Part shown: positions 52,404-63,710 of the stretch, piece by piece
Position numbering within the stretch: position 1 is the stretch's first letter
Layout of the letters: every line of letters begins with the position of its first letter
Assembly: GCA_031414935.1 (NCBI GenBank)
Contig: JANOQR010000142.1
Coordinates: 15,638-79,637, forward strand
Reading direction: 5' to 3'
Length of the DNA: 64,000 nt
DNA from: Luteolibacter sp.
GTDB lineage: Bacteria; Verrucomicrobiota; Verrucomicrobiia; Verrucomicrobiales; Akkermansiaceae
Position numbers and translations under genes: made by a program
Notes under the pieces: generated by a model
The model's input: only the letters and a program-made list of their open reading frames with translations
Databases searched by the model: none
Told to the model about the DNA's origin: nothing

Positions 52404-54160
52404 GGCTGCGGCTCCGGTTGAAGAGGAATCGCGGCTCGCAAAGCATCTGCAGATTTTGAGATCGCGTCAGCAAGCCCGTTGAGTTTGTGAAGTGGCTCTA
52501 AGGCGGCAACAGCGTTTTGCGCGGCCAACTGCAACTGCGAGCCAGCATCGCCGAAGCGTTCCGGCGCATCTCCAAGCGTTTCAAGGGTCGCGCTGAAGCT
52601 CCCTACCGCGCGGCCGAGCTGCGTGTCCATCTCGGTCGTGTATTCCCGAAGTCGAAGTGAGTAACCGTCAAAGTGCTGCTGGACCGCATCAATGGTCTTT
52701 GCGAGGTGAGTGTCGATTTCACCAATCCGCGTGCCCTGCGCCTCCCATTGCAGGCGGAGCGACTCCACAGCGGCTTTCACAGTATCCGATGCAGCCCCGT
52801 TCGTGGTTGTCAGTTTGCCGAAATCTTCACCCATCAAACGCCACAGCCCAGCAGCTTCATGAACAGCGGTTGCCGCACGTGCCAGCCCCGCGCCGAGTGA
52901 ATCCATGCCAGCGGCGCTTTCTGCCGCCTTGTGAATAGCAGACTGGATTTCCTCTGCCGCTCCGACTGCCCCACGCAGCTTTGCCTCCACATCGCTCTCC
53001 GTCTTGAGCAGCATTTCGCTAACCTCGGCAGTGCGGGTCTGAATCTCTTCACCTAACGTTGAAAACTCGCTTCGGACCTTCACTACGTTTTCGGTCACAT
53101 CGCTGAAAGCCTCGCGGGTGGATTCAATTTCACGGCAGGTCTCTTTCAGGGATGCCGCGACGGCGTCGAGGTGATCCCGCAGGGTAGTGTTCAATGCTTC
53201 GACAGCCGCCGTCACCAGTTTCTCAAGATCCTTGGATGTCGTTTCGACGATACCGCCGCTAAGGCCCTCAATTGCTTGCGTCATTGTGGTGGTCTTCTCG
53301 CCCATCTGAGTTCCCATCCCTTGAACTGTCTTGTCCAAGGCGGCGATAGCGTCGCTCATGATTTGCGACGCCTTCGTGAATTGAGTTCCAACCGCCACTC
53401 CGATGTTTGTCGCCATTGTTTCAAGGCAACTGGTTTGCCGTTGATCCTCCTCCCGGATTTGAAGGAGAAGCGCGTTGGCATTCAAAACGAATACTCGTCT
53501 GTTCAGATCTGTGACAAATTCCGCAATGCTTCGATCCACGTTGATTTGCCGCCAGCGGAAGAACCAAGAATAGACGACAGAGGCCAAGACTCCGGCAAGT
53601 GATGTTCCAAATTTGGTGGAAGCGGCTGTCAACAGCTGACGAAGCGCTTCTGTCTGATCAGCGGCATCCTTGCTCGCTTGGAGACTTTCCGCCGCGAGCG
53701 AAATCACCGCCACCACTCCTAAGAAGGTAAAGCAAAGACCCAAACCGACGAGGTAGTTTGGCAAGGCGCGATACCATTGCATAGCCATCATTCGCTCCCA
53801 CGACCCGAGACTGAAAAACTCGGTTGTTGGCCTTTCGCTGGAAATGACCTTTTTCCCGTCAACCCGTTGGAAGATCTGAAGTGTATTCGTCCAACGCTGC
53901 CATGCATCGCCGAACACTTTCACCGGTTGCAGGGCAGAGCGGATACGCTCATCGGAATCGGGAAAACCCGAATAGAATTCCGTTTGACCTGAACTCTCAT
54001 TCAGAAAGCCACAAGCCTTCCGAAGCGTTAAAATCGCTCGCCTACAAAGCAGCCACCATCGAATTCCCGTTACCACTGCAAGAAACAGGAGGAAGCTGGC
54101 GCAAATCCAAACAAAAAGCGGATGCGTGAACCAAGTGAGGGATGCTATCATGTAGGCCAA
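52400..54160 (-). CDS. zorA: ZorA: MotA/ExbB-like channel subunit with long helical tail
   Basis: 586 aa. N-terminal TM helix, MotA/ExbB-like helices (NYLVGLGLCFTFLGVVAVI; FGTSLAGVLASVVYSWFF), then about 330 aa of continuous helical, Ala/Glu/Thr/Leu-rich tail. Confidence 0.85.
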   Translation of the reverse strand: MAYMIASLTWFTHPLFVWICASFLLFLAVVTGIRWWLLCRRAILTLRKACGFLNESSGQTEFYSGFPDSDERIRSALQPVKVFGDAWQRWTNTLQIFQRVDGKKVISSERPTTEFFSLGSWERMMAMQWYRALPNYLVGLGLCFTFLGVVAVISLAAESLQASKDAADQTEALRQLLTAASTKFGTSLAGVLASVVYSWFFRWRQINVDRSIAEFVTDLNRRVFVLNANALLLQIREEDQRQTSCLETMATNIGVAVGTQFTKASQIMSDAIAALDKTVQGMGTQMGEKTTTMTQAIEGLSGGIVETTSKDLEKLVTAAVEALNTTLRDHLDAVAASLKETCREIESTREAFSDVTENVVKVRSEFSTLGEEIQTRTAEVSEMLLKTESDVEAKLRGAVGAAEEIQSAIHKAAESAAGMDSLGAGLARAATAVHEAAGLWRLMGEDFGKLTTTNGAASDTVKAAVESLRLQWEAQGTRIGEIDTHLAKTIDAVQQHFDGYSLRLREYTTEMDTQLGRAVGSFSATLETLGDAPERFGDAGSQLQLAAQNAVAALEPLHKLNGLADAISKSADALRAAIPLQPEPQP

Positions 54161-54260
54161 TTAGAATTGTTTCAAGAGACTCGGAATTGAAAGCACATTT
54201 TGCTCCCAGATGTAGCAGCGATACTGCTCTCGCATTGATAGGTTTCAGGAAATTCCAATA

Positions 54261-54294
54261 CAAAAAAGCCGCCCCGGTTTCCCAGAGCGGCTTT
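54261..54294 (-). terminator. Intrinsic terminator after ppdK (copy B of the duplicated hairpin)
   Basis: The first 23 nt are identical to 47178-47200 (CAAAAAAGCCGCCCCGGTTTCCC). The minus strand forms a GC hairpin plus TTTTTT, 42 nt after the ppdK stop. Confidence 0.7.
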
Positions 54295-54335
54295 GGTGTT
54301 AGATGGACATGGCGGTTAGAAACCGCCGCCACGGG

Positions 54336-57143
<2,808 letters not shown>

Positions 57144-57314
57144 CGTTGTGGTGGTATCGAGTTTGGAGCGTTGATCGCTGGAAACCCGAGAAAACAATGA
57201 CCCGGCCCAGCACAAGGCGCGGGAGGCTATGCAGGCGTCCTAGGGGTGTCAATGAAGCAGTTACCGGAAAAGAGCGGGGCGGAAATGCCTTAAAAACTAG
57301 CTCTTTTCACGCGA

Positions 57315-59237
57315 CTAACGAAGTCCGCGCAGCAGCAACTCGGCGTTGGTTTTCGTCGCCTTCAGATTGCTCAACAACGTCTCAATCGCATCGCCGATGG
57401 GCAAGCCCGCGAGTTGTTTGCGGATGTCCACGACCTTGAGAAATTCGTCGGGATGATAGAGTCGGTCGTCATTGCGAGTGCCGGACTGTGGGATGTGGAT
57501 GGCGGGGAAAACTCGGCGCTCGGCGAGTTCGCGGTCGAGTTTCACTTCCATGTTGCCGGTGCCTTTGAACTCCTCGAACACCACGTCATCGAGACGGCTT
57601 TCTGTTTCCACCAATGCGGTTGCGAGAATCGTTAGCGAGCCACCTTCTTCGACATTTCGCGCGGTGCCGAAAAACTTGCGGGACTTTTGCAAAGCAGCCG
57701 GGCTAACACCACCGGAGCCGATGGGGCCGCCCTGCATCGCGGAGTTGTGACCACGCGCGAGCCGCGTGAGGCTGTCTAGCAGAAGGATGACATCCTTGCC
57801 CATTTCCACGAGACGCTTGGCACGCTCGATGACGAGATCCGCGACCTGCGAGTGGCGGCGCGGTGACTCGTCGAAGGTGGAGGCGAAAACTTGCGAGCCG
57901 ACGGTTTCCTCGAAGTCGGTGACTTCTTCGGGGCGCTCATCTAGCAATAAAATAATCAGCTCCGCGTCGGGATGGTTTTTGCGAATGGAGCGGGCGATTT
58001 GTTTGAGTAAGATTGTTTTCCCACCGCGTGGTGGGGCGACGATGATGCCGCGTTGGCCTTTTCCTAACGGGGCGATCAAGTCGATGACGCGCACGCCGAG
58101 GAAGTCCACACCTTCGCCTTCCAGATGGATGCGCTGGTCGGGAAAAAGCGGCGTGAGGCGGTCGAACTCGGTGCGAGGTTGGAACTCGGCGACGGGCATT
58201 CCTTCGATTTCGATGATCTCATAGCCTGATAGAAACTTGTCGCGCTCGCGAGGTGCGCGGACTCGGACCTTGATCCATTGGCCGACGCGCAGGCCGTGGT
58301 CGCGTAGGATCGTGGTGCTCACATGGATGTCATCCGGCCCTGGCTTGAAGCTGCGTTGTGGGTCGCGAAGCATCGCGAAATTTTCCTTCGCAGGCTCCAA
58401 GATCCCTTCGCAAACGAGGCCGACGCCTTCGTGGCCGTAAAAGTGCAGCAGCTCGTAAACTAACTGACTCTTAGGAATGCCGCCTTGGATTTTCGCAGGC
58501 ACGGCTTCCGCCATCGCCTGAAGTTCCGCGAGAGTTTTCAGGCGGAATTGATTGATGTCGATGGACGCAGGCATCGGCGGGATTTCGGCGACGCTGGTTT
58601 CGGTCGGGATTTCCCCGGGGTCGGATTCATTGGCTGAGGTCATGAGAAGTGCTTGGGAAAAACGGCGGATTTGTGAGCGAAGGACGGCGGGCGGTCCTTC
58701 ATTCCAGAAGACGATGTCCGCGCGGGCCATTTTCTCCTGAACGGGAAGTTGCGCTGCGAGGATGGACTCGATCAGGAGGTCATCGAATCCGCCACGCGCC
58801 TTGAGCCGTTGGATTTGGGTGGAACGGGAGGAAGCGACGACGAGCACCTGTGTTTGACCGAAATCGAATCCCTTCTCAAACAAGAGCGGAACGTCCGCTA
58901 CGAATAATTCCGCCCCCCGTTTAGCAGCGCGTTTCAGGGAATCAAGACATTCCTCCCGGACCCGTGGATGTAGGATGGCTTCCAGTGCGCCACGGGCCGC
59001 CGTGTCGGCGAAAACGAGACTTCTCAGTCTGCTACGGTCCACCCGACCGTGCTCGTCTAATGCTTCATTTCCAAAAGTGGCGGAAATTTGCTGTGCCACC
59101 TCTGCGTCCGCCTCTAACAAGACATGGACTGCGGCGTCACAATCAAAGATTTCCAGAGTCGGTAACCACTGCTTGAGCAAACGACAAACCGTGGATTTCC
59201 CAGACGCGATTCCTCCGGTCAGTGCCATCATCCGCAT
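57315..59237 (-). CDS. rho: In-frame fusion of dephospho-CoA kinase (CoaE) and transcription termination factor Rho
   Basis: 640-aa continuous ORF. Residues 1-198 are CoaE-like (ALTGGIASGKST P-loop). From M199 (ATG 58643) onward it is Rho: LAELQAMAE, an OB-fold RNA-binding region, Walker A PPRGGKT, and LLLDERPEEV. No stop separates the two parts. Confidence 0.8.
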   Translation of the reverse strand: MRMMALTGGIASGKSTVCRLLKQWLPTLEIFDCDAAVHVLLEADAEVAQQISATFGNEALDEHGRVDRSRLRSLVFADTAARGALEAILHPRVREECLDSLKRAAKRGAELFVADVPLLFEKGFDFGQTQVLVVASSRSTQIQRLKARGGFDDLLIESILAAQLPVQEKMARADIVFWNEGPPAVLRSQIRRFSQALLMTSANESDPGEIPTETSVAEIPPMPASIDINQFRLKTLAELQAMAEAVPAKIQGGIPKSQLVYELLHFYGHEGVGLVCEGILEPAKENFAMLRDPQRSFKPGPDDIHVSTTILRDHGLRVGQWIKVRVRAPRERDKFLSGYEIIEIEGMPVAEFQPRTEFDRLTPLFPDQRIHLEGEGVDFLGVRVIDLIAPLGKGQRGIIVAPPRGGKTILLKQIARSIRKNHPDAELIILLLDERPEEVTDFEETVGSQVFASTFDESPRRHSQVADLVIERAKRLVEMGKDVILLLDSLTRLARGHNSAMQGGPIGSGGVSPAALQKSRKFFGTARNVEEGGSLTILATALVETESRLDDVVFEEFKGTGNMEVKLDRELAERRVFPAIHIPQSGTRNDDRLYHPDEFLKVVDIRKQLAGLPIGDAIETLLSNLKATKTNAELLLRGLR

Positions 59238-59378
59238 GGGAGGAAGATTCTAAACTGAGACTTCCCGAGGCAAGCACAGAACATTTTGCACGTGGGCGAC
59301 CTCGTTTTTGAGAAAACTAACCGCGATTCAGCAGACTACCACGCTACTCAGCCAATAGCCGACTGCTCGATCTCCCCT

Positions 59379-61175
59379 CTAACGAGACGGCGGCAGAGTG
59401 ACGTTGGTGGACGTGTCGGTGAGGTCGCTTACGATGTCGCGGTGGGCTTTTTTGAGCTCGTAGTAGGACGACTGGAGGGCCTGGGTCGTGGACCAATCAT
59501 CGGGATCAGGACGCGCCCGGGTGGCACGGTCGAGAGATCGCAACAACGCCACCATTTCCTCCACGCGCCCCAGCAGTTCTCGATCACTTTTCTCGACGTA
59601 GCGTTCGATGCGTTTCAACTCTGCGGCGCAAGTTTCATAAGTGGTCCCGATCTGCGCGAACTCAGTGACTCCGAAGAAAGAATCCTCGCGATCAAAGATC
59701 CACTCCATCGGCTCAATGGCGAGACGCAGTTCGGAAATGAGGACGGGGCGGATGAGGGTGACGGGGCGATTGCCGGCTCCTTGGATGGCTAACATTTTCG
59801 CGGAGGCGTGGTAACTCGCCGTCTGCGAGATTTCCACCAAACGACGGCGGACGAAGCTGTTCGCGACATATTGTGAGACAGGCTGCGTGCCCACCTTGGC
59901 GCGGATTTCTTGGAACTGAGCTGAAATTTTCCCGATTTCAGGACTTGGAGTTTTGGCACTGAGCTCGAGGAGTTCTGTGAAATTAGAAGCTAACAAAACC
60001 TCGTTATTGAGGAAAAACTGCGGGTATTCCACCGCCAGCACGGACTGCAAGTAGGGTTCGGCAGCAGCGGGTAAAATCAGTCGCTTGCCCTTCTCAAACA
60101 TCAGCACGCGGAGCTGATCCCAAAATCCCGTCGGCAGCTTGAAGGCTCCCATCGAGTCGATCTGGCCAACGATCGTCGCATCTGGCTCGCGGCCTGAGAG
60201 CGCGGCACTCGCCAACACGGCGGCGGCGGCACTCACGGATTGTCGTTTTTTTGCCTCCAAGGATTCATCCAGCGCCGAGCTATCGATCCACACTCCGTAA
60301 TTCATGGGTAACTCCCCGTGCTGTTTCACGAGTAGTTTCTGGATCACCGGTATCAACGCGGCGAACGGGTAAGTGACGCCATCTTCGCCATCTATCGGCC
60401 TACCGATGGCGATGGAAAACGGTCGGTCTTCGTCATCTTCAGCGTCTTCCGGTTCGTTCGGGCCAGCCTTCATTTTCAAGGATGCGGAGACGATTCGCCA
60501 TTTCACGGGATCGGAGTCTGGCACCTTTTGCCAGAGTGGCAGAAAGATGGTCGCCTCTGCGAGGAGGACGCCTGATTTCGACTGAGGCGATGCGATTTCC
60601 CCGGTGTTAGGCGCGGGGGCTGCGGGGATTTTAGTCATCTCAAAGGCAGCCGTATCCGCCACCCAGCCCGCCCATTTTCCCCGCTCGCCAGCCGCTCGCA
60701 TTGCTTCCGTGCGGGGATTGTCAGGGTCTGCTACGGCCAATGCGTCCATCAGGCAAGATGCCAGTGCTTGGCCATCCGCTGCGGCCTCGGCAGTCTCTAA
60801 CCAGCCGAGCGTGTCCCGGAGTGAATCCTGTATTTTGGAAATTTTCTCTGGTGATGCATCCGGGCGATGCTGGCCCATTTCAAACTTTTCAATCACCGTC
60901 CTAGCGCGGGTGTTCACTGGATCTAACGCAATCGCCAATGCCAACATTTGTGCGGCAGCACGGCGCTGTGCCGGGGTTTCCGCCTCCAGCGCATCGGAAA
61001 GAATGGTGAGCTGCGCGGACAGTTTGATCATCGTTTCCGCGTCCACTGGTACCCGGTCCCGCCGGAACGCCACTGGCCCTTCCGCAGGTGTGACGAAATC
61101 CCCAGCAGACAGCAGCCCGCCCGCGCCTAGTAACAGCAGAGTGATTTTCAGGAAATGGAAATAATGGCCAAGCAC
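59379..61175 (-). CDS. Secreted hypothetical protein with a Lon/S16-protease-like segment
   Basis: Start re-set to GTG 61175 (signal-like VLGHYFHFLKITLLLLGAGGLLSAGD). The track's longer N-terminus overlaps the divergent thioesterase gene. The segment SVSAAAAVLASAALSGREPDATIVGQIDSMGAFKLPTG resembles the Lon proteolytic-domain core. Confidence 0.6.
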   Translation of the reverse strand: MLGHYFHFLKITLLLLGAGGLLSAGDFVTPAEGPVAFRRDRVPVDAETMIKLSAQLTILSDALEAETPAQRRAAAQMLALAIALDPVNTRARTVIEKFEMGQHRPDASPEKISKIQDSLRDTLGWLETAEAAADGQALASCLMDALAVADPDNPRTEAMRAAGERGKWAGWVADTAAFEMTKIPAAPAPNTGEIASPQSKSGVLLAEATIFLPLWQKVPDSDPVKWRIVSASLKMKAGPNEPEDAEDDEDRPFSIAIGRPIDGEDGVTYPFAALIPVIQKLLVKQHGELPMNYGVWIDSSALDESLEAKKRQSVSAAAAVLASAALSGREPDATIVGQIDSMGAFKLPTGFWDQLRVLMFEKGKRLILPAAAEPYLQSVLAVEYPQFFLNNEVLLASNFTELLELSAKTPSPEIGKISAQFQEIRAKVGTQPVSQYVANSFVRRRLVEISQTASYHASAKMLAIQGAGNRPVTLIRPVLISELRLAIEPMEWIFDREDSFFGVTEFAQIGTTYETCAAELKRIERYVEKSDRELLGRVEEMVALLRSLDRATRARPDPDDWSTTQALQSSYYELKKAHRDIVSDLTDTSTNVTLPPSR

Positions 61176-61256
61176 GGTTGGCAATTTAAAGCAATCCGAA
61201 GGCCGACTCACAAGCGAAGATTGCAGCCGCCCGGCTCTTGCTTCAATTTCCCACCC

Positions 61257-61670
61257 ATGTCCGAAAGCGTCCCGACTCAACTCACCCGCGAAGAAGTCAT
61301 GTTTTTCGACACCGACTGCGGTGGCGTCGTCCATAACATCGCCTACCTCCGCATGATCGAAACTTGCCGCACTCGCCTCGCCGCCCAACTCGGCATGGAC
61401 CTGCCGACCATGTCGCAATCCGGCGTCTATCCCGTCGTCATCCGCACCGAGATCGACTACAAAATGCCCGCCCGCCTCGGCGACTGGCTGAACATTCGCG
61501 GCACCCTCGGCGAGGTCGCCAAAGCACGTTTCTGGTGCGACTTCGAAATGAAGCGTGAGAGCGATGGGCAACTTCTCGTCACCGCCCGCCAAGCCCTGGC
61601 CCTCGTGCAAATGCCCGCAGGAAAACCCATGCGGCTACCGAAAGAGTGGAAAGCACGCCGCCCAGATTGA
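61257..61670 (+). CDS. 4HBT/YbgC-family acyl-CoA thioesterase
   Basis: Start re-set to ATG 61257 (MSESVPTQ). The hot-dog fold motif VMFFDTDCGGVVHNIAYLRM carries the catalytic Asp. Confidence 0.75.
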   Translation: MSESVPTQLTREEVMFFDTDCGGVVHNIAYLRMIETCRTRLAAQLGMDLPTMSQSGVYPVVIRTEIDYKMPARLGDWLNIRGTLGEVAKARFWCDFEMKRESDGQLLVTARQALALVQMPAGKPMRLPKEWKARRPD

Positions 61671-61740
61671 GGTGATGGGGGAAATGCAAAAAGGCTCCGA
61701 GCAGATTGCCCAGAGCCTTTGAAATTCAGTTTTTCCAAGA

Positions 61741-62232
61741 TCAAAGTTTCGCCAGCACCGCCTTGATCGCATCGAAGTCCGGCATGTCGCTTGGCACGTC
61801 GAGCACCTCGGCATATTGAACGACGCCTGCTTTATCAATGACGAAGGCCGAGCGCTTCGAGACGCCACCCATGATGAGGTTTTTACTAGGGAGAAATTGC
61901 TCATAAGCCACGCCGTAAGCCGCCGTCACCGCGTGTTCGTAATCGCTGAGTAGCGTGATGGTGATGCCCTCCTTTTGCGCCCATGCTTCTTGGGCAAAGG
62001 GATTGTCGCCGGAGATGCCGAGCACCTTCGCATCCAACGCGTCGTACTCGGAAATGCCTTGAGAAATGCTGCAAAACTCGGCGGTGCAGCCGCCAGTGAA
62101 TGCCATCGGCACGAACAACAGCACGATGTTGGATTTACCAATCAGCTCACTGAGTGTGACCAGCTCAGGGCCATTGGCGGTTTTGCTAACAAGAGTGAAA
62201 TCAGGGGCTTTATCGCCGACGTTGATGGACAT
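61741..62232 (-). CDS. AhpC/TSA-family peroxiredoxin
   Basis: 163 aa. FVPMAFTGGCTAEFC is the peroxidatic Cys motif, within a thioredoxin fold. Confidence 0.8.
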   Translation of the reverse strand: MSINVGDKAPDFTLVSKTANGPELVTLSELIGKSNIVLLFVPMAFTGGCTAEFCSISQGISEYDALDAKVLGISGDNPFAQEAWAQKEGITITLLSDYEHAVTAAYGVAYEQFLPSKNLIMGGVSKRSAFVIDKAGVVQYAEVLDVPSDMPDFDAIKAVLAKL

Positions 62233-62428
62233 AATAGTGTGGTGGTGGTTGGAATGACGCTCGGACCTTACAACCCATTTCTGGCATCTGTCATACCAAT
62301 TTTCTCAATTTTACGCCGTTGAAATTTGCAAGCGCGAGAGAGAGAAACATCGCAGCTACCTAGCCTCAACGAGGGCGGGGAAACATCTTCGGTGCTAGGT
62401 CGGAAAATGGCGCATCGGCTCAGAGCGG

Positions 62429-63622
62429 CTAGTCACTCCTCTTCCCCTGAACACGACGAAGATGAATCTCAAGATCTGCTAGGACATTCATGAAGTAACT
62501 GAATGCGTCTTGAGGACTAGGATATGGCGTGAAGTAAGTGTGAACTTTACCGTCCGCACCACCCTTGGTGGACATCCAATAAAAATGGTCAGACGTTTGC
62601 ATTTTCGCCCAGCGGTCTAAGAGCGCGGGATCATTCGTTGCTAGAATTTCCTGCTCAAGCTGATGAACCTTAGCGATGGCGTCTTGCTGCATCTTGTTTC
62701 CCATCCAAGCGGATAGATCGCGCTCGGTATCGGCCCAAGAAGTGATGTTCTCGCAATCGTACTCTTGCGAGGCGCGGTAGAGTTCGACCGCTTCAGTCGG
62801 CGTGACCCATTGCAGCCCCGCGTCGATCAGAGCGGCGGGGATAGCCTGCCAGAATTTGTAAATCCCAGTCTCTCCCCAGTGGTGCTCGCCGATGGTTTCG
62901 TAGTCCATGAAAAGGTTCACCACATCGCCCTCACAGCCCGCCATCCAGCTCGCGAATTTTTCCGCAGTGAGCGGATAACCCGGCCAGCTAGGATCTGAAA
63001 AGCGAAAGCCGAGATCGTCTGACAGAGAAAAATTTCTCAAAAGCGTCTTGATTCGTGCGGTGGTCGGAGCTCGGTAAAGGAAATTGGGCGAGCGACCTTT
63101 GAGGTTGCGCTCCACTCCCTCCGCGATGACGCCATCGAAGCCCATGGTCTCCGCCTTAGCCGCGATAGCGTTGTTATAAATGAGTTCGGTATTGCGGAAA
63201 ACTCGTGGCCGGATGCGAAAAATTTCCTCTAACTTTTTAAGGTGCATCTCCACCTGGCGGTCAAATTCTTTGTTGGATTTTACGAAGGCCAGCGAGTGGT
63301 AATACGTCTCTGCCAGTAGCTCGACACTGCCAGTGGCGACGAGTCTTTGAAACGACTCGAGCACGTCTGGGCGATAGCGCTCCATTTGCTCAATGACGAT
63401 GCCGCTGATGGAAAGCGCCATTCGGAAACGCCCGTCATTTTCCTCGACGAGCTGTTGGAACATGCGGTTAGCGGGTAGGTAGCATTTTTCAGCCACTTTG
63501 TTAAAGATCTCGTAGTTCAGCGTCTCGTCCTCGTGGGCCGTGCTTTTGCCGATTTCAAATCGCTCAGTTGGCAAGAGCCGATTCGGCTGATGCACTTGGA
63601 AATAAAGGCTTACGTCGGGCAT
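62429..63622 (-). CDS. Glycoside hydrolase family 57 protein (alpha-amylase/branching-enzyme-like)
   Basis: 397 aa. The N-terminal YFQVHQPNRL and the overall pattern (ETYYHSL, DYETIGEHHW) are typical of GH57. Confidence 0.7.
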   Translation of the reverse strand: MPDVSLYFQVHQPNRLLPTERFEIGKSTAHEDETLNYEIFNKVAEKCYLPANRMFQQLVEENDGRFRMALSISGIVIEQMERYRPDVLESFQRLVATGSVELLAETYYHSLAFVKSNKEFDRQVEMHLKKLEEIFRIRPRVFRNTELIYNNAIAAKAETMGFDGVIAEGVERNLKGRSPNFLYRAPTTARIKTLLRNFSLSDDLGFRFSDPSWPGYPLTAEKFASWMAGCEGDVVNLFMDYETIGEHHWGETGIYKFWQAIPAALIDAGLQWVTPTEAVELYRASQEYDCENITSWADTERDLSAWMGNKMQQDAIAKVHQLEQEILATNDPALLDRWAKMQTSDHFYWMSTKGGADGKVHTYFTPYPSPQDAFSYFMNVLADLEIHLRRVQGKRSD

Positions 63623-63710
63623 GGGTTCTGGGATTTACGGAAATCAGCTAACGGATTTCTCACTTCATTTCAAAGCAAGTGCTGGGCCAAGATGGTGGGG
63701 CGACTTATGG

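Noticed and set aside
61176-61610. N-terminal 145 aa of the 743-aa track ORF (59379..61610)
   Set aside because: This part overlaps the divergent thioesterase gene on the opposite strand and is low-complexity. A GTG at 61175 followed by a signal-like hydrophobic segment is the more plausible start.
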